64,000 nucleotides of DNA from Lysobacterales bacterium (GTDB lineage Bacteria; Pseudomonadota; Gammaproteobacteria; Xanthomonadales; SZUA-5), in contig JALHMH010000002.1 in assembly GCA_022844165.1 (NCBI GenBank), forward strand, positions 96,001 to 160,000, read 5' to 3'. Below are positions 37,981 to 47,850 of this stretch, one piece after another. Within the stretch, counting starts at the first letter, position 1; each line of letters starts with the position of its first letter. The notes under the pieces are model-generated. The model saw only the letters and a program-made list of their open reading frames with translations. It did not search any database and was not told the DNA's origin. Made by a program: the position numbers and the translations under genes.

Positions 37981-39459
37981 ATGCACGCCCCGTACGCCGC
38001 GATATCGCTCAGCCATCTGCATGCCGGGCGCGGTCCTTGTGTGGCTGGTTCTATCCGTCTGTGGGTGGGCGCGTGGCTCGCATTGAGTCTGACCTGCGCT
38101 CCTGCGATGGCGGCGGATGTGGTGGTGGTTTCACTTGAGGACACGGGCGCCGGGACGTTGCGCAACGCCATCGCGGAGGCAGTCGCGGGCGATCGCATCG
38201 TATTCGCGCCAGGGCTCGCGGGCACGATCAGCCTGAACTCGACCCTGACCATCGGCCGCGATCTGATCATCGAGGGCAATGGCAACATCGAGCTGGACGG
38301 CAGGGACACCTCAAGGGTGATCACGATCACCGGCGGGCAGGTGGATTTGCGGCGTCTGGTGGTGCGCAACGGTTTCGCAACCGATGGTGGCGGGATTGCC
38401 AGTGCAGGCACCCTGCGGATGAACAACTGCGTGGTGCGCAACAACAACGCGAGCGCGCGCGGTGGCGGCTTGTTCATCAGTGCGGGCAGCTACAGTCTGG
38501 TCGACACCACCATTGCCGACAATTTCGCGACCAATGAAGGTGGCGGCATCGAAGACCTGGGCACTGCGCCGTCAACCATCACGCGGGGCCGCATCGTCAA
38601 CAACATCAGCTCCGGCGCAGGCGCCGGCATCCGACACGTGTCGAGCCAGGAACTCACGATCGATCACAGCACGATCTCCGGCAACACGGCAGCGACCACG
38701 AGCGTCGTCATTGGCGGCGGCATTGCCAGCCAAGGCGCGACGCTCAACATCAACTACAGCACGGTCTCCGGCAATAAATCGCATTTCGGTGGCGGCATCT
38801 ATGTGGCAAATCTTGGCGCGTCAACGAAACTCAACCTGATCGGCAGCACAATCACTGGCAACACGGCCGTATCGGATGGTGGCGGTCTGTTCGTGTTCGG
38901 TGCAGGGGCGACGCTGATCAATTCGACCATCGCCAACAACCTTGCGGGTGCCGGGACGGGCGGCGGTTTGTCAATTCAGAACTCCGGCCCGGGCACGGCA
39001 ACGGTCATCATCAACAACAATACGATTGCGTTTAATCGCTCGAACGCCAATGGTGGTGGTATCACCGCAATCTCCGGCTCGCTGAGTCTCAAGAACACGC
39101 TGATTGCCGGCAATATCAGTGGCACCAACGCAGACATCCAGGGCGCATTCGTCTCGGAGGGATTCAATCTGGTGCAGACGCGTGGCACCAGCTCGGGCTA
39201 TGTTGCGTCGGATCTGGCCAATGGCACGCTGCCGCAGCTGGCCACACTGGGATTCAACGGCGGTCCAACACTCACCGTATTGCCGAACACCGGCAGTCCG
39301 GCGATCAACGCGATACCCTCGTCCAACTGCGCGGGCATCGCGCTCGATCAGCGCGGCTACAATCGTCCTGCGAATCAATGCGACATCGGCGCGCTGGAAG
39401 TCGGCGCTGCACCACCGGCGCCGCCTGTTAACCAAGTGTTTCGCGATGGTTTCGAGTAG
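37981..39459 (+). CDS. Secreted choice-of-anchor Q / Pmp-like beta-helix protein, C-terminus VFRDGFE
   Basis: Signal peptide; DTGAGTLRNAI; GGG(I/L)..STISGN repeats; NGGPTLT..GSPAINA..DQRG..CDIGALE. Confidence 0.88.
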   Translation: MHAPYAAISLSHLHAGRGPCVAGSIRLWVGAWLALSLTCAPAMAADVVVVSLEDTGAGTLRNAIAEAVAGDRIVFAPGLAGTISLNSTLTIGRDLIIEGNGNIELDGRDTSRVITITGGQVDLRRLVVRNGFATDGGGIASAGTLRMNNCVVRNNNASARGGGLFISAGSYSLVDTTIADNFATNEGGGIEDLGTAPSTITRGRIVNNISSGAGAGIRHVSSQELTIDHSTISGNTAATTSVVIGGGIASQGATLNINYSTVSGNKSHFGGGIYVANLGASTKLNLIGSTITGNTAVSDGGGLFVFGAGATLINSTIANNLAGAGTGGGLSIQNSGPGTATVIINNNTIAFNRSNANGGGITAISGSLSLKNTLIAGNISGTNADIQGAFVSEGFNLVQTRGTSSGYVASDLANGTLPQLATLGFNGGPTLTVLPNTGSPAINAIPSSNCAGIALDQRGYNRPANQCDIGALEVGAAPPAPPVNQVFRDGFE

Positions 39460-39491
39460 GCTGCGTCGGTGAAAACCGACGAAGCGTAAAG

Positions 39492-39570
39492 ATGATTGCT
39501 GGCCATGCCCGATCACGTGGCCTGATTCTCGTGAGCAACAACCTTGCAAATTCGAACGCGTCCGGGGTCG
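39492..39570 (+). pseudogene. VapC toxin C-terminal fragment
   Basis: MIAGHARSRGLILVSNNL, then after a frameshift KFERV; matches the VapC IAGHARSRGLILVTNNxxEFERVPGL signature. Confidence 0.65.
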
Positions 39571-39698
39571 ACGCTATTGACGCCGCCTTCGCTTGTGGCG
39601 CTGTTCGTCACAAATGCGGTGCTCACGATGGTCTGGTTCGACACCGCGCCGCGCGCCAGCTGGCGAGCAGCTGGCGCAGCGCGCAAGGTCCGATGCGA

Positions 39699-41429
39699 CT
39701 ACTCGAAGCCATTGGCGAAAAGTTCGGCATTCGCTGCCGCCAACGCCCACGACAGGCCGTCGCTGGTGCGGTGTTCCCAACCCCACATCCGCCAGGGGAA
39801 TACGCGAAATGCGGCACGCCCAGACTGCGGAGACGTAGGCTCAATCCAATAATTGACGCCAAGGTCGTAGGTGCGATAGAGCGTGGCAATGGTGCTCTGC
39901 AACGCAGCATCGCGTTGTCCGAGCATGGCGCCGAAGTAATCGGCCCAGGCCAGCGCTGCAGCCACGTCGAGCGAATGTTCTTGGTCATGGATCGCCGCCG
40001 TGCCTGCAAAATCGGTTCCGTCATGTTCGATGACGTAACGCGGGGCGAGCAAATTACCACCGTAGAAACTGCTCTGCGTGCGTAGCGCGGCACTTAGGAA
40101 CGTGCCGCTGCGGCGAATCATTTGCGCCGTTGCAGTGTCCTCGGCAGTGGCATAGGCGCGGCGCAAAGCATCGGTTAGAAGCGCGGTCATCCAGGTCGAT
40201 GCGCCATACGCGGCCGGGTCCCAATCGCCGTGTTGCGCGCCAGTGTGGTACCAGCCGCCATCGATGCGCGGACTGGGGATGCCTGGCAATCCGTTCTGAT
40301 GCGCAGAAAGACTCTGGATCATGGCGTCAACGTTGCTGCGCCGCGCGACACTGCCCGTCACTTCATAGTCGATGGCATGTGCATTGAGCTTGAAGGCCAC
40401 CGCGCGCTCGGTCCAGAAACTCAAAGCTGCCGTCCATGCGTGCGCCGTGCTGTTGTGCGCGTTGGCCGTGGCAGTGATTGGCGCCAGAAAGGTGTCGTCG
40501 CCGGTGAGCCAAAACGCGTATGCCAACGATTCGTTGAACGAGTACTTGGTATCACCCGCATTGAGCGAGAACCTGCCGCTGGCGTTCAGTTCCTTGCGGT
40601 AGAAATCGGCGTGGCGCAACGCTTCGCGCAGCGGCTTGAGATGACCGCTCTTGAGGTACAACGCAAACATCGTCGCCGCACGGTCATAGAGCCAGGGTTC
40701 GAACGCAGTCTTGTATGGGCATTGATTTGCCACCGTCACATTCGGATCGTCCTCGTTGATCACGGTGTAGAAATTGTTCTTCATGGCACGCTCGGCCTCC
40801 TGCGTGCCGGGCCACGTGGCAATGTTGTCCATCGCCTGCGGATCGTCGCGTGCGGCGCCGTTGCTGGCGTCGAACGGCAAGGTTTGCGTCGTCCGCAGCA
40901 CGCCCTGCGCCAGCCACGCGGCGGGCATCGTGGCGATCACGCGCGGCTCCTGGACGCTATCAGCCGCAAGAAAGCTTCCGCTGCTCACAGCACTCCAGGT
41001 GCTCGCGCGACCGACGCGCGCCGGGCGAGTGAGCGTGCGCGCCACGCCGCCGTACTCGACAACAATGCGTTTGGCTTGATTGACATTCGCGAAGCTGACT
41101 TCGATCTGCACCAGGACGACGCGAACAGATGCGCCATCGATCGCTGCATTGTTGCGGTGACGCCACGGCGTCAGTACCGCCACATAGGCCGGAATCTCGA
41201 CGCCGCCGTCCAGCACGCGCACACTGCTTAATGCACTCGGCGCCAGTGAGCCACGCGCGAGCGGCACGCCGAAGCTGGCAACAACCGGCTGATTCGCTTG
41301 CACAGAAATCGGGTGCAGATCGACTGCGACGCTCGCCACCGGTTGCGCCGGCGCGAAGAACGGTTCGGCCGCAGAGCAGGAACTGACGCACAGCCAGAAC
41401 CACAAACACCGAAACGCGTTCATTGCCAT
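39699..41429 (-). CDS. Secreted hypothetical protein (possible carbohydrate-active alpha/alpha barrel), C-terminus LFANGFE
   Basis: Signal peptide; N-terminal VASFGVPLARG..PW..GSVR beta domain; aromatic-rich helical region (WLYDR, WTER, STWMTALL). Confidence 0.7.
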   Translation of the reverse strand: MAMNAFRCLWFWLCVSSCSAAEPFFAPAQPVASVAVDLHPISVQANQPVVASFGVPLARGSLAPSALSSVRVLDGGVEIPAYVAVLTPWRHRNNAAIDGASVRVVLVQIEVSFANVNQAKRIVVEYGGVARTLTRPARVGRASTWSAVSSGSFLAADSVQEPRVIATMPAAWLAQGVLRTTQTLPFDASNGAARDDPQAMDNIATWPGTQEAERAMKNNFYTVINEDDPNVTVANQCPYKTAFEPWLYDRAATMFALYLKSGHLKPLREALRHADFYRKELNASGRFSLNAGDTKYSFNESLAYAFWLTGDDTFLAPITATANAHNSTAHAWTAALSFWTERAVAFKLNAHAIDYEVTGSVARRSNVDAMIQSLSAHQNGLPGIPSPRIDGGWYHTGAQHGDWDPAAYGASTWMTALLTDALRRAYATAEDTATAQMIRRSGTFLSAALRTQSSFYGGNLLAPRYVIEHDGTDFAGTAAIHDQEHSLDVAAALAWADYFGAMLGQRDAALQSTIATLYRTYDLGVNYWIEPTSPQSGRAAFRVFPWRMWGWEHRTSDGLSWALAAANAELFANGFE

Positions 41430-41777
41430 TCTCCGACCCCCAATTCGCTCAGGACAATTTTGCTAGACGGATTGCCGGGCCAATGTGCGCCATCGCGCGT
41501 ATCGCACCGTTCGGGAAACGCACGGCGGGCTTCCCGTTGCATACTGCCGTCGACAGGTCGGGCATCAGTCCCAATTGGCGTAGATCGTGCGCCATCTCGT
41601 CGGTGAAGTGGCGTTCTTCGGCACGCACTGCCTGCGGCGCTCGGTGCAGACCTTTCGCGACTTCATCAACGCGCACCGTTTGCACTTCATGTTTGTAGCC
41701 GGAGAACGCAGCGGATGTCACGCGGCGGCAAGCCGGTGCGGCGGGCCTCTCGCAATAGCGGACGCACTGGATGTGCG

Positions 41778-42818
41778 TCAGGACGCCCGCGGCGGTTGAC
41801 AGCTATCGCGCACCACGAGGTTTGGTCGAATGCTGACGGGCAGGGCCGGCCGATTCTGGAATTCGGCGAGCAGCAGCTCGGCCGCCTTACGCCCGACTTC
41901 GCGAACCGGGAGGCGGACGGTGGTCAAGGCCGGCCACAACTGGGCGGCCAATGGACTGTCGTCATAGCCGATGACAGATACATCGCCGGGGACCGTCAAA
42001 CCGCGCCGCAGCGCGGCTTTGTAGATGCCCGCCGCCATTTCGTCGTTGGCGGCGAAGATCGCCGTTGGGCGCGGTATCTGCGCCAACAACGCGTCGGCGC
42101 CAGCGACGCCGGATTCGAAGGTGTAACCGCCCTCATACTCGAGGTTCGGCGCCAATTCGATGCCTCGTTCTGCAAGTCCCTGTTTGAATCCTTCGCCGCG
42201 TTCGATAGCCGATCGGTAGCGCTTGGGCCCGGTGATCAAACCGACGTGCCGATGGCCGAGCGATTGCACGTAATGCGCAGCTTCGATGCAGGCGCGCCGA
42301 TCGTGGGTGTGTAAGCGTCGCGATGGTTCGTCGAGTTCGATGGACGCAATTCGAACGTAGCGGCATTGCTCTTCGATCAGCATCTGCGACAGCGAGGCAT
42401 CTTCAGATACACGCGGCACCAGAATCACGCCATATAGTCGCTGCCGCCGGACGAACTGGCGCACACCCTCGACGTAGTCGCTGCGGCGACTATCCGAAGG
42501 GTGCACGACCAGCTCAAATCCTGTGCCGGCCAGGGCGTCCAGTACGCCATATTGCATGTTGACGATGTATTGGGCGGTTGGATTGTCGAACACCAGGCCT
42601 ATCAGGAACGAATGGCGAAACGCCAAACCGCGGGCTTGAGGATCGGGTGCGTAGTCGTGTTCGCGCATGAGCGCGAGCACTTTTTCGCGCGTGTCGTCGC
42701 GCACCAGCGGCGAATGGTTGAGTACCCGAGAGACGGTTTTTTTCGACACCCCCGCGAGACGCGCGATGGTGTTGATCGTGGCCTTTTCGGTTTTGCTGGC
42801 AGGAGGCATGCGCGCCAT
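41778..42818 (-). CDS. LacI-family transcriptional regulator
   Basis: TINTIARLAGVSKKTVSRVLN; PTAIFAANDEMA; VSVIGYDD; LTTV. Confidence 0.95.
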   Translation of the reverse strand: MARMPPASKTEKATINTIARLAGVSKKTVSRVLNHSPLVRDDTREKVLALMREHDYAPDPQARGLAFRHSFLIGLVFDNPTAQYIVNMQYGVLDALAGTGFELVVHPSDSRRSDYVEGVRQFVRRQRLYGVILVPRVSEDASLSQMLIEEQCRYVRIASIELDEPSRRLHTHDRRACIEAAHYVQSLGHRHVGLITGPKRYRSAIERGEGFKQGLAERGIELAPNLEYEGGYTFESGVAGADALLAQIPRPTAIFAANDEMAAGIYKAALRRGLTVPGDVSVIGYDDSPLAAQLWPALTTVRLPVREVGRKAAELLLAEFQNRPALPVSIRPNLVVRDSCQPPRAS

Positions 42819-42876
42819 TGTAGCGATTGCCGCGTGCCGATGCTCCCGAAGGATCGAGCCGCTGGCGCTTTGCCGC

Positions 42877-44154
42877 TTAAAGGCCCGGCAGCCACAAACT
42901 CAACGATGGCACCAGCACAACCAAGAGCAGTACCGAGAGTGCCGCCAGATAGAACGGCCAAATACTGCGTAGCGCCTGTCCGACACTGATCTGACCGATG
43001 CCGGCCCCAACAAACAACACCGAACCCACCGGCGGGGTGATCAGGCCGATGCCGGCGGTGAGAATCAACACAACGCCGAAGTGCACGGGCGAAATCCCAT
43101 AGGCCTGCGCAACCGGTAAAAAGATCGGCGTGCAAATGATGATCATGGGCGCCATATCCATGAACGTGCCGAGGATCAGTAATGCCATGACCATCAGCAA
43201 CAAGACTGCTGTCGGCGAATCGGCGACGCTCTTTAGGGCTGCGACGGTTGCCGCAGGCACTTGCAAATACGCCAGCAACCATCCGAACGCGGCGGCCGCA
43301 GCGATCACGAACAAGATCACGCCCGTTGTGCGCACCGCGCCGCTGAGCATCTGCATGAATGCGCCTGGCGACATCTGCCGATACACCAGTGTCGCGATGG
43401 CCAGTGCGTACAGCACCGCGATCGACGCGCTCTCCACGGCGGTAAAGATACCGGCGCGGATGCCGCCGAGGATGATCAAAATCAGCAGCAGGCCGGGGAG
43501 CGCCGCAATCAAACACCGAAGCACAGTGCGAGCGCCGGGAAACACTTCAGTACGGTAGCCGCGACGCCAGGCCAGTACGTAAGTGGTTGCCATCACGGCA
43601 AGGGTCAGCATGATGGCAGGCACGATGCCGGCTGCGAACAGTTTCGCGATGGACACGCCGCCGCCTGCCGCTGCCGAGTACAAGATCAAGTTGTGCGACG
43701 GCGGCACCAGGAGCGCTACTAATGCAGCCGTGATCGAAACATTCACCGCAAAGTCAGCATCGAAACCGCGCTGTTTCATTTGCGGAATCATCGTGCCACC
43801 GATTGCCGAGACATCCGCGATGGCCGATCCCGACACGCCGCCGAACAGCATCGACGCCACCACATTCACTTGCCCCAGTCCGCCACGCATGTGGCCAACC
43901 AGGCTCGTCGCCAGTGCGATGATTCGGTCCGACAATCCGCCGCGCAGCATGATCTCGCCGGTGAGAATGAACAAGGGGATCGCCAGCAGCGTGCTGGCGT
44001 TGGCACCGGCCGCCAGCTCGATGACCAGCACCAGCGGCGGCAATCCGAGATAGATGATCGTCGCGAGCGATGCGGTCGCCAGCGCAAATGCCACAGGCAC
44101 ACCCAGAGCGAGCAGAATGAAGAAGCTCAAGAACAGTAGCGCGGTGGCCGGCAT
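42877..44154 (-). CDS. dctM: TRAP transporter large permease
   Basis: LLAIPLFILTG, GGVSGSAIAD, VPPS, TPPVG; many TM segments. Confidence 0.95.
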   Translation of the reverse strand: MPATALLFLSFFILLALGVPVAFALATASLATIIYLGLPPLVLVIELAAGANASTLLAIPLFILTGEIMLRGGLSDRIIALATSLVGHMRGGLGQVNVVASMLFGGVSGSAIADVSAIGGTMIPQMKQRGFDADFAVNVSITAALVALLVPPSHNLILYSAAAGGGVSIAKLFAAGIVPAIMLTLAVMATTYVLAWRRGYRTEVFPGARTVLRCLIAALPGLLLILIILGGIRAGIFTAVESASIAVLYALAIATLVYRQMSPGAFMQMLSGAVRTTGVILFVIAAAAAFGWLLAYLQVPAATVAALKSVADSPTAVLLLMVMALLILGTFMDMAPMIIICTPIFLPVAQAYGISPVHFGVVLILTAGIGLITPPVGSVLFVGAGIGQISVGQALRSIWPFYLAALSVLLLVVLVPSLSLWLPGL

Positions 44155-44163
44155 TCGTTGCTC

Positions 44164-44616
44164 CTAAAGTCGTAACCCGCGCTCGAGCGCGAATCCAGCC
44201 ATCAACGCGCCGCCCAAAACCAGCGGCAGATAACGCGCGCCTTCGGGCAGCAGCGTGCCGGCCAACAGCACGTCCCGATCGGACCAGAACAGGATGGCGC
44301 CACCGATGGCGAGCAACAGGCCAAGCGCAACGGCGATCACCAGGGCGAGGCCATTGAGGACGCGCTGCGCCAAAGGCGATAGTCGTTCGCTCAACAGCGA
44401 AAAGCGAAAGTGAGCATGGCTGCGCACACCCAGCGCGGCAGCGCACATCATCGTCGTGTTCATCAGCAGCAGCGCCAGCGGCTCGGTCCAGCTCGGCGAG
44501 TCGTTCAGCAGGTATCGGCCGAACACTTGCCAGGACTGGACCAGTACAATGCCGAGCAGCGAGACCACGCAGAGCCACAGCGTGAGTCGCGCCACGAGGT
44601 CGCCAGCTTTGCTCAT
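44164..44616 (-). CDS. dctQ: TRAP transporter small permease
   Basis: Start MSKAGDL; QVFGRYLLNDSPSWTE; 4 TM segments. Confidence 0.9.
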   Translation of the reverse strand: MSKAGDLVARLTLWLCVVSLLGIVLVQSWQVFGRYLLNDSPSWTEPLALLLMNTTMMCAAALGVRSHAHFRFSLLSERLSPLAQRVLNGLALVIAVALGLLLAIGGAILFWSDRDVLLAGTLLPEGARYLPLVLGGALMAGFALERGLRL

Positions 44617-45590
44617 GCCAGATCCCGGATGGTCGCGTACAAGGGTGCCAGCTCGCCGCGGCCGACTTGGGCGAGCAACGGTTCCACCGCACGCGTGAAA
44701 GCTTCGCGATCGATCACCGTTTCCACCACGCCGCTGTCGAGTGCCTTTTGCCTTGCTGCCGCCAGGGCCTGATCCCATGCGGCACGCATCACGACGACCG
44801 AACGCTGCGCCAGATCGCGAATCAACTCGCGGTCGCCGGGCCTAAGTTGTGTATCGATGGTGGCCGAGAGCAGGAGGACATCCGGCACCATCGAATGTGC
44901 ACTGCTCGACCAATGATGGGCGACCTCAAACTGGCGGCTGCTGACAAAGCTCATCCAGTTGTTTTCGGCGCCATCGATGAGGCCGGTTTGCAGGGCCGAA
45001 TACACCTCGCCGAATGCCAGTGGCGTTGCGTTGACGCCAAAACTGCGCATGATCGCCAGGAACACGTCCGACGCCGGGACGCGCAGTTTCAAGCCTCTCA
45101 GATCATCGGGCGCGGCGATTGCGTGTCGCGTGTTATAGATGCCGCGGTAGCCCGCATCGTAGAAGCACAAAGCGATTTGGCCGCGGCTCGACAGGTGGGT
45201 TAAAAGTTGCCGCCCGGGCGCGCCGTCGAGGGCGCGGCGCAGGTGCGCTACATCGTCGAACACATACGGCAACGACAGTAGCGCGGTATCGGGAAACGCA
45301 TTGTTGAGCGCGGCGATGGTCACACGCGTCAGCGCCAGGGCGCCGTGCCGGACCAAGGTCAATGTGTCCGCCTCGCGTCCGAGTTGACCGGCGGGATAGT
45401 GCAAGAGGCGCAAACGACCGGCGGTGAGTCTCTCCAGCTCCGCGCCCAGCCACTGCACCGCCATGACCGTCGGATATCCGGCGATATGCACGTCGGCGCC
45501 GCGCAGAACAGTACCCGACGAGAGCCGGTCGGACATCGCGGGAAGCGCTGCCATGCCGGCCATTGTGGCGAGTGCGTTGCGGCGCTTCAT
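44613..45590 (-). CDS. dctP: TRAP substrate-binding protein
   Basis: RR signal; DLRGLKLRV; GEVYSALQTGLIDGAEN. Confidence 0.92.
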   Translation of the reverse strand: MKRRNALATMAGMAALPAMSDRLSSGTVLRGADVHIAGYPTVMAVQWLGAELERLTAGRLRLLHYPAGQLGREADTLTLVRHGALALTRVTIAALNNAFPDTALLSLPYVFDDVAHLRRALDGAPGRQLLTHLSSRGQIALCFYDAGYRGIYNTRHAIAAPDDLRGLKLRVPASDVFLAIMRSFGVNATPLAFGEVYSALQTGLIDGAENNWMSFVSSRQFEVAHHWSSSAHSMVPDVLLLSATIDTQLRPGDRELIRDLAQRSVVVMRAAWDQALAAARQKALDSGVVETVIDREAFTRAVEPLLAQVGRGELAPLYATIRDLA

Positions 45591-46399
45591 GCCGAGCGTG
45601 CCTCGCAATGCAATACGGTGCCGCCGGTAAATTCCACCCGCGCCCGCTCGCCAATCCGGATGTCGTGGATGCCGGTGCTGGCACCGGTGGACACCAGATC
45701 GCCGCGTCTGAGCGGCCTGCCGCGTCTGGCGTTGCGTTCCAGCGCGAAAATCAGCGCCGCGAGCGGACCGCCGCTGATCGATGTTGCGCCACCGCGGCCT
45801 ACACTTCGCCCTCCGATGAAGGTCTCGCAGAACAAAGATGGCCAGCTTTGCTGCCAGTCGTCGACCTTTGGGCCGACCAACAAGCCAGCGTTGTTTCCGA
45901 AGTCGGACACCACGACCGCTGGACCGAGTTCATTGATGCTCGCCAGCGGGCTGCCCGCAAATTCGATGCCCAGGCGCATACATGCGGCGAGTGTGCACGC
46001 GTCGTCCAAGGAAAAGTGCCGCTGCGCCGGATCGACATCGACGGCAATTTCGAAAATGTACTCGGCCTCGACCGCCGCAAAGCCGCCCGGAATCACGCGC
46101 AACAGGCCTCGGTCGCCAGGCGAGAGCCGTTGAACATTCTGCCGGAAGATTGGACCGACCAGCCGTTCTTCGCCGAGCCGATCGCACCATGCATCGGGGA
46201 TCTTCCCGACCTTCCAGCCCACGATGGCATCTGGCCAAAGCGCGATGGCCGCGTCTTGTCGCGCATAAGCCGCGTCAAGCGAAGCCGGCAGCGAACCTGG
46301 ATATGCCGGCAAAGCGGTCGCCGTCTGGCGCGCAGCGACAAACTGCCTGGCAACTTGCATGGCCGACTCGGCAGGGGCGGGGCTATTGTGCAGGGTCAT
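45587..46399 (-). CDS. 2-keto-4-pentenoate hydratase-like FAH-superfamily enzyme
   Basis: AYARQ, VGWKVG, EAE, GIE, SDFGNN, GDLVSTG. Confidence 0.85.
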   Translation of the reverse strand: MTLHNSPAPAESAMQVARQFVAARQTATALPAYPGSLPASLDAAYARQDAAIALWPDAIVGWKVGKIPDAWCDRLGEERLVGPIFRQNVQRLSPGDRGLLRVIPGGFAAVEAEYIFEIAVDVDPAQRHFSLDDACTLAACMRLGIEFAGSPLASINELGPAVVVSDFGNNAGLLVGPKVDDWQQSWPSLFCETFIGGRSVGRGGATSISGGPLAALIFALERNARRGRPLRRGDLVSTGASTGIHDIRIGERARVEFTGGTVLHCEARSA

Positions 46400-46434
46400 T
46401 CTCGTTCGCGTTCGAATGGAAGTAAGATATAAAG

Positions 46435-46448
46435 GAAACCGGTGTCAT
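46435..46448. promoter_or_regulatory. LacI-type operator, copy 1
   Basis: GAAACCGGTGTCAT between the divergent hydratase/TRAP and pectate lyase genes. Confidence 0.72.
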
Positions 46449-46458
46449 TTTCAACGAG

Positions 46459-47775
46459 GTGAATATGAATACGATCGCGCGCCCGTTCCGGGCAGCCATT
46501 TTGTCGCTGGTCACGCTTTGGGGCGCTCCCGCACTGATGGCGCAGCCAGATCGTCGTGTCGGCTGGGCGGATGACCGCGGTGGGCGAGGCGGCCAGATTG
46601 TGCGGGTGACAACACTTGCCGCCACTGGCCCGGGTTCGTTGCAACAGGCGATCGCTCAAAGCGGACCGCGTATCGTCGTATTCGAAGTAGGAGGCGTCAT
46701 CGATTTGGGCGCACAAGCGGTGGTCGTTGAAAAACCGTACTTGACGATAGCTGGTCAAACTGCGCCGTATCCAGGAATTACGCTGATTCGCGGGGGTATC
46801 GAAATCCGGACACATGACGTTGTCGTGCGCCACTTGCGCGTACGTCCTGGGGAGGCAGGCGCCGCCAAGGGCAGCGGCCAGGACTTCGACGCGATTTCGA
46901 CCATCGGTGCGCATGATGTTGTGATCGATCATTGTTCGCTGACCTGGGCGACGGACGAAAACCTCTCGGCCTCGGGTCCGCGATTTGTGGATGGTGGCCG
47001 CACACTGGAAGATTTCCGCGCAGCGACGTCGAGGCGGATTACCTTCAGCAACAACCTCCTGGCGGAAGGTCTGGCGTTCTCTACGCATGCCAAAGGAGAG
47101 CACAGCAAAGGCAGTTTGATTCACGACAATGTCAGGGACATTCTGATCGTAGGTAACCTATACGCGCACAATGTGGAGCGTTCGCCGTTGTTCAAGGGCG
47201 CGGTGCGTGGCGCAGTGCTCAACAACCTGATCTACGATCCCGGCACTCGTGCAGTTCACTACAATCTGATCGCTCAAGAATGGGTCGATCGCGAATACGT
47301 CATCGGCGAAATGCAGTTGCTCGGCAACGTCATGCGCGCAGGGCCATCGACCACCGCACCGATCGCCTTGTTGATGGTCGGCGGCTCCGGCGACCTTCGC
47401 TTGCACGCCAAGGACAATATCGCCGTCGACCGCATCGGTATGCCATTGCCGCAATTGGGTCGTTACACAACTGCGCCAATCAAGATCGTCGAAGAAACAT
47501 GGGAGCTGCCGCCTGGCGTCGAGCTGCTGCCGGCGACAGCGGTGCAGGACGCAGTGGTCGCCAATGCCGGTGCAAGGCCATGGGATCGGGATGATATCGA
47601 CCGCCGCATCGTCGCCAACGTGATCGAAGGCCGTGGCGCCATCATCAACAGTGAAACGCAGGTTGGCGGCTATCCGAGTTACCCGGAAACACGTGCTGCG
47701 TTTATTGAAGAAGACTGGGATCTGGCGCACATGACACCGCGCAAAGCGCTCTGGCGGCGTCCGCCGCCAAAGTAA
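46459..47775 (+). CDS. Pectate lyase (PL1-like)
   Basis: GGRGGQIVRVTTL..GPGSL, TIAGQTAP, IDHCSLTWATDENL, HNVERSP. Confidence 0.88.
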   Translation: MNMNTIARPFRAAILSLVTLWGAPALMAQPDRRVGWADDRGGRGGQIVRVTTLAATGPGSLQQAIAQSGPRIVVFEVGGVIDLGAQAVVVEKPYLTIAGQTAPYPGITLIRGGIEIRTHDVVVRHLRVRPGEAGAAKGSGQDFDAISTIGAHDVVIDHCSLTWATDENLSASGPRFVDGGRTLEDFRAATSRRITFSNNLLAEGLAFSTHAKGEHSKGSLIHDNVRDILIVGNLYAHNVERSPLFKGAVRGAVLNNLIYDPGTRAVHYNLIAQEWVDREYVIGEMQLLGNVMRAGPSTTAPIALLMVGGSGDLRLHAKDNIAVDRIGMPLPQLGRYTTAPIKIVEETWELPPGVELLPATAVQDAVVANAGARPWDRDDIDRRIVANVIEGRGAIINSETQVGGYPSYPETRAAFIEEDWDLAHMTPRKALWRRPPPK

Positions 47776-47805
47776 ACGGATGCCTGTGCGCTGGCGTCGG
47801 CGCGC

Positions 47806-47841
47806 GGCTCTCGGCGAATCGACCATCGATTGCCGAGAGCC
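47806..47841. terminator. Strong hairpin between convergent genes (bidirectional terminator-like)
   Basis: GGCTCTCGGC(G)AATCGA-CCA-TCGATTGCCGAGAGCC. Confidence 0.6.
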
Positions 47842-47850
47842 ACCGGGCGC

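Noticed and set aside
41449-41721. 90-aa minus-strand ORF
   Set aside because: No recognisable motif or RBS; cannot be distinguished from a spurious ORF or remnant.
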